Position numbers and translations under genes: made by a program
Assembly: GCA_964016885.1 (NCBI GenBank)
Contig: OZ024741.1
Span: forward strand, 215,202,001 to 215,266,000
Length of the DNA: 64,000 nt
Source of the DNA: Eledone cirrhosa
Lineage: Eukaryota
Direction: 5' to 3'
Shown here: piece after piece, positions 57,437-64,000 of the stretch
Layout: every line of letters begins with the position of its first letter
Position numbering within the stretch: the first letter of the stretch is position 1
Notes under the pieces: model-generated
Told to the model about the DNA's origin: nothing
The model's input: only the letters and a program-made list of their open reading frames with translations
Database searches by the model: none

Positions 57437-58490
57437 ATGTGCGTTGGGCCTCAGTCTATTCCGACGATGATTATTCCAGATCCAGCTTGTTTGAAAAACG
57501 ACACTTCTCTACACTATGCACACACAGAAACAGGTACACTCACACACACACACACACGCACATATATATATATATAGGAAAAAGTATTACCCCGACGGCA
57601 GAGCTCAAGCCGTTTCTGTCCAGAAATAGCCGTCGAAACGGCTTGAGCTCTGCCGTCGGGGTCATACTTTTTCCTATTTCCCACTCTACTACCCTAAGTA
57701 TTGAGTACTCTGTTGCGTTATGGTCCATCTGGTTCCTTACCACAATTCCTTTGTTATATACATTTATATATATATTTATATATATATATATATTCATATA
57801 TATATATATATATTCATATATATATACATATATATATATGTAAAAGTTTTATTTAAAATTGTTGGGTTACAACGAGTAAATATTTTATAACTGATATAAA
57901 AGCACTCAACAAGTTTTGGAGTATTTTACGATATTAAACAAATGGAAACTACATTTATAAAACCATATTTATTTCATTATATATATTCGTTTAATATCGT
58001 ACATATATATATATATATATATATACTGAATTAATAACGTGTTGCACCTCAGTCGGTTATGAAGATAATTATTCCAGCTTGTTCGTAAAACGACACTTTT
58101 GTACACCATACACACACACAGACAGAGTATATAAACTAATGATGTGTGCTGTGTCTCCGTCGATTACGACGATGATTATTCCAGTTTATTCGGAAAACGA
58201 TACATCTCCGCACAATACACACGCGAACACGTACATATGCAAACACAAACACGTATACTCTTATTCACACACACAAGTACATATACACATGCAATCACAC
58301 ACACACAACACGCAAACACAGGCACACACCATACTCATGCACACACGCACGCAGAGTATACTTGGAACAATGTTGGGCCTCCGTCGATTCAGAGGATGTG
58401 CGCAGCAAGTCGTTGGAAAAATATTTCCCCACATTATACACATACACATGCATAAACACACACACGCACACAAACACACACATACACTCA

Positions 58491-58540
<50 letters not shown>

Positions 58541-58933
58541 ATTAGGGAATTAATGATGTGTTGGGGATCCGTCGATTACGACGATGAGTGTTCCAGTTGT
58601 TCGCAAAACGACACTTCATACACTGTACTGTATACCCACACACAAACACGCACACATAATGCATACAAAGACTCACCCTTGCACACACACATACACACAT
58701 ACACACATACACACACACAAACACGCACGCTTGCACACATATACACACATATACACATATACAAAGACGCATGCTCGTACACACATACACACACATACAA
58801 ACATACAAACAAAGAAACACTATCGCACACATATACACGCACATGCACACACAAATGCGTATGCTCACACACATGCAAATACTCAAACAGAGAAGCACGC
58901 TCGCACACATATACACACACAAAACGCACGTTT

Positions 58934-59012
<79 letters not shown>

Positions 59013-59135
59013 CACACACACACAAATACGCATGCGCGCCCATACTTACACCCGTGTAATATATCCTGAACTAATGATGTGTACTGAACATTCAGCATTT
59101 TAAACGACCAGTGTTACAGTTGTTTGAACAACGAA
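57437..59135 (+). repeat. Array of six diverged ~75-bp motifs separated by CA-rich spacers
   Basis: Consensus ATGATGTGTTGGGCCTCCGTCGATTACGACGATGATTATTCCAGTTGTTCGNAAAACGACACTTC at ~57437, 58030, 58135, 58365, 58548, 59068. Confidence 0.7.
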
Positions 59136-59139
59136 AGGC

Positions 59140-59392
59140 CTGCTCATGAAATTAACGTGCAAGTGACTGAGAATTCCACAAACACGTGTACCTCTAAACA
59201 AGTTCTCAGGGAGATTCGATATGACAAAGTATGTGACAAGATTGGGCGTTTGAATTACAGACACAACACATTATTGTCAGCTGTGTGGAATAGAGTAATA
59301 TGAAATAAATATATTTCTCTAGAATACAATGCGGGTCTCGAACTCATGCCCCTACGATAGTAAGCCGAACATTCTAATCATTATGCTACGCT
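59140..59392 (-). mobile_element. Degenerate tRNA-derived SINE (head related to family A)
   Basis: Minus strand GGAGCGTAGCATAATGATTAGAATGTTCGGCTTAC..GAGTTCGAGACCCG (A and B box like). Confidence 0.6.
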
Positions 59393-59555
59393 CCTATATA
59401 CTAATTACATACAGGAATTGTGATTTTGAAATAATTCTTTCAGACACAAGGCCAGCTATTTTAGGGCTGGTGAAAGTCGGTTAAATAGACCCAGTTCGTT
59501 AATGATACTTTATTTTATCGACTCTGTGGTTTTTATTACTACGATCATAATAATA

Positions 59556-59735
59556 ATTGTTTCTACTTTTGGGCCAAGGCCATAAATTACTCAGTACATT
59601 ACTGGTACTTTATTTTATCGACCCCGGTAAGGATGAAAGGCAAAGTTAACCTTGACGGGATTTGAACTCAGACCGTAAAGGGATGTAACTATGCTAGAAA
59701 GCATGGCGTCCAACCCGCTACCGATACTGTCCTAT
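59556..59735 (-). mobile_element. SINE family B
   Basis: Same motifs as 8984-9169. Confidence 0.85.
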
Positions 59736-59779
59736 GATTATAATAATGATAATAATAATAATAATAATAATTTTTGTTT

Positions 59780-61430
59780 ATTGGCCACAAGGGCCAAAAC
59801 ATGTAGGACAGTAGAAAAGACAGGGACAGTGGTAATTTACAAAACAAATTGAAAGGGTGTAGACAAATGTACCAAATAACAATAAATAAAATGATAGCAA
59901 TAAAAACTCCCCAATTGTGTAACTTAGGAACCACACAGATCCTAAACCACATCAATTTTCAAGATCCGTATGAAGGTGCCCCTCTTCTGTCGAAACTATC
60001 CAGCCTAAGGCGCACGGCCAGAGTAGGCCCCCCCACTGGGGCCACCTGCGCTACATTCCCCTACTTATTTATAATTTCTTCTTCATTTTCCGACTGCAGC
60101 TTGAAAATGTTTCAGTGCTTGACCTAAAAGGAAAGTGTCTGTCTTCAGTCCTTTCAGCCCCGTCCGTCACACAACCTCTTTCGCTACAACATACAGACAG
60201 GCGAAAACTACCAGCCCTTCCCGGTAAAAAAAAGGAGGCATAGTTATCTTAATGATGGGTTCGGTCGATAGCCGGATCTGTCCTACACGTGATAATAGCC
60301 GCTCGACAAAACTACATAAGTCGGCAATGGCTGGACACAAAACGAGTGCATGCAGAAGGGTTTCATTGGCCTGCGGGCATCTCGGACAGGTCCGTTTTAC
60401 AGCAGTTCTGTGCTTCTAGAGTTTGTCTCCCACTGGCAGTAGCCCCCGGTAGCACTGCCACGCTAAGGATTTCTGGATATTATCAATAGGTCCTGGCTCG
60501 AAAGTCCTCTGGAACAGACTGGTCAGTTCGATTTCGTTGACACTAGATTTTCTCCAAGAACGTTGTCGCACTTGCCCGCCATTAGTCCTCTATAGAACGT
60601 TAGACTGAAATTTCCACTGACCCCATTCCTGAGTAGTAGAGGGCTGTGAGCAACTGACAACATTCCTGGTGCCAGGTGCCCAGTCTCGGTCTTCGCTTGA
60701 CCCACAAATGCAGCTCAGTGAAAGAAGCGAGCTGCGTAATGAGCTATCTCGCAAATGGTGAGTTGCTTTTTCACCGTTTAGGAATTCCAGGAAATGACGT
60801 AGCATCAGCACATGTTTGAGTATCATCAGCCACGCCATGTCCGGCCCCCCTGGTAGAAGGTGTTGGCGGCAGATGGACTCCGATACCAGTAGAAGCAGTC
60901 CTTTTCAGAAAACGTTAAAAAACAGGCGTTCCAATTGAGGCAGCCACGGGTCGAAACAAGGCACGACTGTAAGGCGGCAATAGATGACGGACACTGAAAC
61001 GCCGCATACATCTGCATGGAATCAAGCAACATGTGGCAGCATTGTGGCTTTGTTATTTCGCTGCATCTCTGCCACTCAGGCCCATCGTTTAAGTGCCATT
61101 TTTGCAGCTAGCATATTAGCATAACCTCCTCTAGTTTAGCTACTACCTCCCATTCTGTTCTATTATGTCCTATCACTAACTTTTTTACTAAAATCTCTCG
61201 ATTCTACACTAATCGTTGTCTTGAGAGCGCCCACCAACAATGGTTGACGACTAACCTCGCAACGTTCTCTTAACTAATGTGTTAATCCGGTCACTGTAGG
61301 TTTCACACTCCGGAAATGATGCGTCTTTGCCCCAGTCTGTCTACGAATTCTATATTGGTTGTCCAAGCAGATCACGAATTTATGACCTGACTAGGGAACC
61401 GTTTGAAATTGTAGACAGCCTACGCTATCT
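59780..61430 (-). mobile_element. Tx1/L1-clade LINE ORF2 C-terminal relic
   Basis: LPVGDKL*KHRTAVKRTCPRCPQANETLLHALVLCP (zinc knuckle) and VVAKEVV*RTGLKGL; many stops and frameshifts; upstream boundary uncertain. Confidence 0.75.
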
Positions 61431-61534
61431 TTATATGCTATCCTAATTAAAAACCTATCTAAATACAATCTAGATGACTCTATGTGATTGGCGTTGGGCA
61501 AAATGGTTCATATTAGAAATAATTATTATTTCTA

Positions 61535-61568
61535 CCACTACAACTACTAGTTGCTGCTGCTGCTGCTG

Positions 61569-61627
<59 letters not shown>

Positions 61628-61634
61628 GCTGCTG

Positions 61635-61704
<70 letters not shown>

Positions 61705-61755
61705 CACCACTACGACTACAACTACAACTAATACTACTACTACTACTACTACTAT
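61535..61755. repeat. (CTA)n/(CTG)n/(CCA)n trinucleotide tract
   Basis: Direct reading. Confidence 0.95.
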
Positions 61756-62567
61756 AGGCCAACATTATTTTCGTCAATAATTTATAACAATATAGTATTC
61801 TACTGACAGCCGTTTCCATCATTGGTAGCTAGTTATTTCAATAAGACACAATATAAAAAGACTGTAATAAAAAAAAAGCAGAAAAAAACAAAACCAAGAA
61901 AACCTTTAAAATAAAACAAAATTCAAACACACAAAAACTGCGGAACAAAAAAGAAAACGGAACGAAACAATACAAAAACGGAAAATAAGCAGAACAAGAA
62001 ATATAAGGAGAAAAAGAAAAAAATGAAGAAAATAATGACATATGAGATTGAAATGGTGAAACATCAATTTGATATTTTCTTTATTGATCACAACCAGATA
62101 ATGTGACAGTATATTTATCGATAACAAGCAGAGAATATGACAGTTTATTGGTGTTGAATAAAATAATTAGAACTGGGGTGTGGTGGAAATATAGAAGGAA
62201 TAAAATAAAACCTAAGCAACTGATAGTGGAAGTAAGTAGGAGAGTATATTCCACAGATATTTGTGTAAATTTTAATATAACTCTCTAGCCGAATCAGATG
62301 GTCACACATTAGAATCACAGATACAATCCATCTGGAGTATATATATATATATGTATATATATGTGTGTGTGTGTGTGTGTATGTGTTTGTGTGTGTATGT
62401 GTGTGTTCAAATCGAACTTGGTCCCTTACGATTTGAACACATGTATGTTTATATCAGTGTTTATCTCTCTTTTATATTCAATTATATTACACGGCTTAGA
62501 AAAAAACTTTCTTCGAGCTATTTAATTCTAAGAGACTATTTTGTGTTTCTAACTCAATATATAACTT

Positions 62568-62623
<56 letters not shown>

Positions 62624-62628
<5 letters not shown>

Positions 62629-62832
62629 CCCCCCCCATATATATATATATCAATAATATTAATAAATGGAAACAATCTTTATAAAACCATACTTATTTTA
62701 TTATATATATTTCAAGGGTACCAACATTTTGGTACGCTTGAAATATATATATTAAAATAAGTATGGTTTTATAAAGATTGTTTCCATTTATTAATATTAT
62801 TGATATATATATATATGTGTGTGTGTGTGGGG

Positions 62833-62838
<6 letters not shown>
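62624..62838. mobile_element. Palindrome folding back at hammerhead stem II (47399 family)
   Basis: AATAATATTAATAAATGGAAACAATC..TTCAAGGGTACCAA is mirrored across ~62726. Confidence 0.8.
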
Positions 62839-62875
<37 letters not shown>

Positions 62876-62878
<3 letters not shown>

Positions 62879-64000
62879 AAAATGTTTAATCCCGACGGCA
62901 GAGGTCAACCCGTTTCGACGGCTATTTCTGGACTAAATTTGAATTTTTAGCGTGGTAAATAAGTAGCCTAACTTTGCAAGGGGTAATTCCTTATATGGGA
63001 AGATTGTAGTTGTCAAAAGGATTTGTCAAAATTACTTGTAAACACAATTAAATCTTTCATGGCAGTCGGTGGGAGGTGGGGGTGGCTGAACTTGCTTGTA
63101 GAACAACGAGGGAGTGGGTGGAGCAGGTCAAGCGCTGAAAGTGAATTCTATACAGCAAATTCTAAGGAGTGTGTATGAAATTAGGCTAGTTAGGAAGCAG
63201 GCGAAAAAGGATTCTGGAGGAATCAGAGAGTGGGACGTTATAGAATAGGTTAATATATTGAGATTAAAAGATAATAAATAAATAAGAAGATTTTCCCGAT
63301 AGGTGTTGCCACTTCGGCATTGTGGGGTCGGTCGAACCACGTTGCGTGGCGTGAGGGGCGGCGTCGCCTGCTGGTTCCGCTAAGGGAAGCTGGATAAAAG
63401 GAAATTTCCTCCCGAAAGCCGCTTTGGACTTTGCCAAAACACTCACACCCATCACCTACCAGGAAAGAAACATCATTCTCCGCGTCAGGAAGACAGTCTT
63501 CCTTTTCGACAACTCCAAGTGTATAAAGAGAACCCCCCCCTTTGACGTCAGTATGGGTGCGACCGACTCGGCCGAGGTGACCGATCTTATAGGTTTATTC
63601 CTACTATATAAACTCACCGAAATGGTTCCTGCATTCGGCGGTGGTTTGTACCGAGACGCTGGGCTCCTTACCCTCAAAGGATAAAACTCCAGTCGTACAG
63701 ATCCGGTCCGTAAACAAGTAATCAACTTCTTCCGGGACTGGGGATTTAAAATCACCCTACAAACGTCCTTAACCCGAGTCAATTTCCTGGACGTTACACT
63801 CAACCTCAAAAATGATCTGTACTACCCATACAGGAAACCAAACGACAACCTGCACTACACCCACCGCCGCTCTAACCATCCTAGAAACATCACCAATAAT
63901 CTGGTTAAAAACATCTCCCTCCGCATATCTCGTTTGTCCGCTAATGAGTAGATATTCGATGAACATGCGCCTCATTACAACCAGGCCCTCAAGCGAAGCG
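62876..64000. mobile_element. Hydra-like PLE reverse transcriptase (plus, ~63405-64000, runs off the window) with an inverted downstream piece (minus, 62876-63405)
   Basis: ALDFAK..FDVSMGATDSAEVTDLIGLFLL..GLYRDAGL..VNFLDVTLNL..PYRKPND..SNHP..RISRLS, with stops. Minus piece reads TWFDRPHNAEVATPIGKIFL and ends in a half hammerhead. Confidence 0.9.

Noticed and set aside
57437-59135. CRISPR-like repeat-spacer appearance, or C/D snoRNA cluster
   Set aside because: Eukaryotic context, no cas genes, repeats too long and diverged, spacers low-complexity; C-box-like ATGATG present but no terminal CTGA D box

Overview
Eukaryotic, AT-rich DNA saturated with (TA)n, (CA)n and (GA)n microsatellites. The SINE and LINE tails suggest a cephalopod (octopus-like) genome, which is an inference. 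Almost all ORFs in the supplied track are microsatellite artefacts. There is one plausible host gene, an intronless ~380-aa coiled-coil protein with a C-terminal transmembrane anchor (9793-10935, minus), and one degenerate U6 snRNA copy (8691-8797). The rest is transposon debris: two tRNA-derived SINE families, RTE, CR1, CRE and Tx1/L1 LINE fragments, Helitrons, a Tc1/mariner relic, and many Penelope-like elements (PLEs; Hydra-, Neptune- and Nematis-like). The main signal, read by eye, is about 18 distinct families of type I hammerhead ribozyme (HHR) motifs. They sit in PLE terminal repeats inserted in (TA)n tracts, mostly as fold-back structures. Highlights are a tandem non-coding 468-nt unit bounded by two intact HHRs (retrozyme/circRNA candidate, 26341-27535), HHRs with large branched stem II inserts, recurrent core variants, and a near-perfect 3.8-kb PLE palindrome (48692-52462). 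All family and clade assignments come from remembered motifs, not database searches, and boundaries of degenerate elements are approximate.
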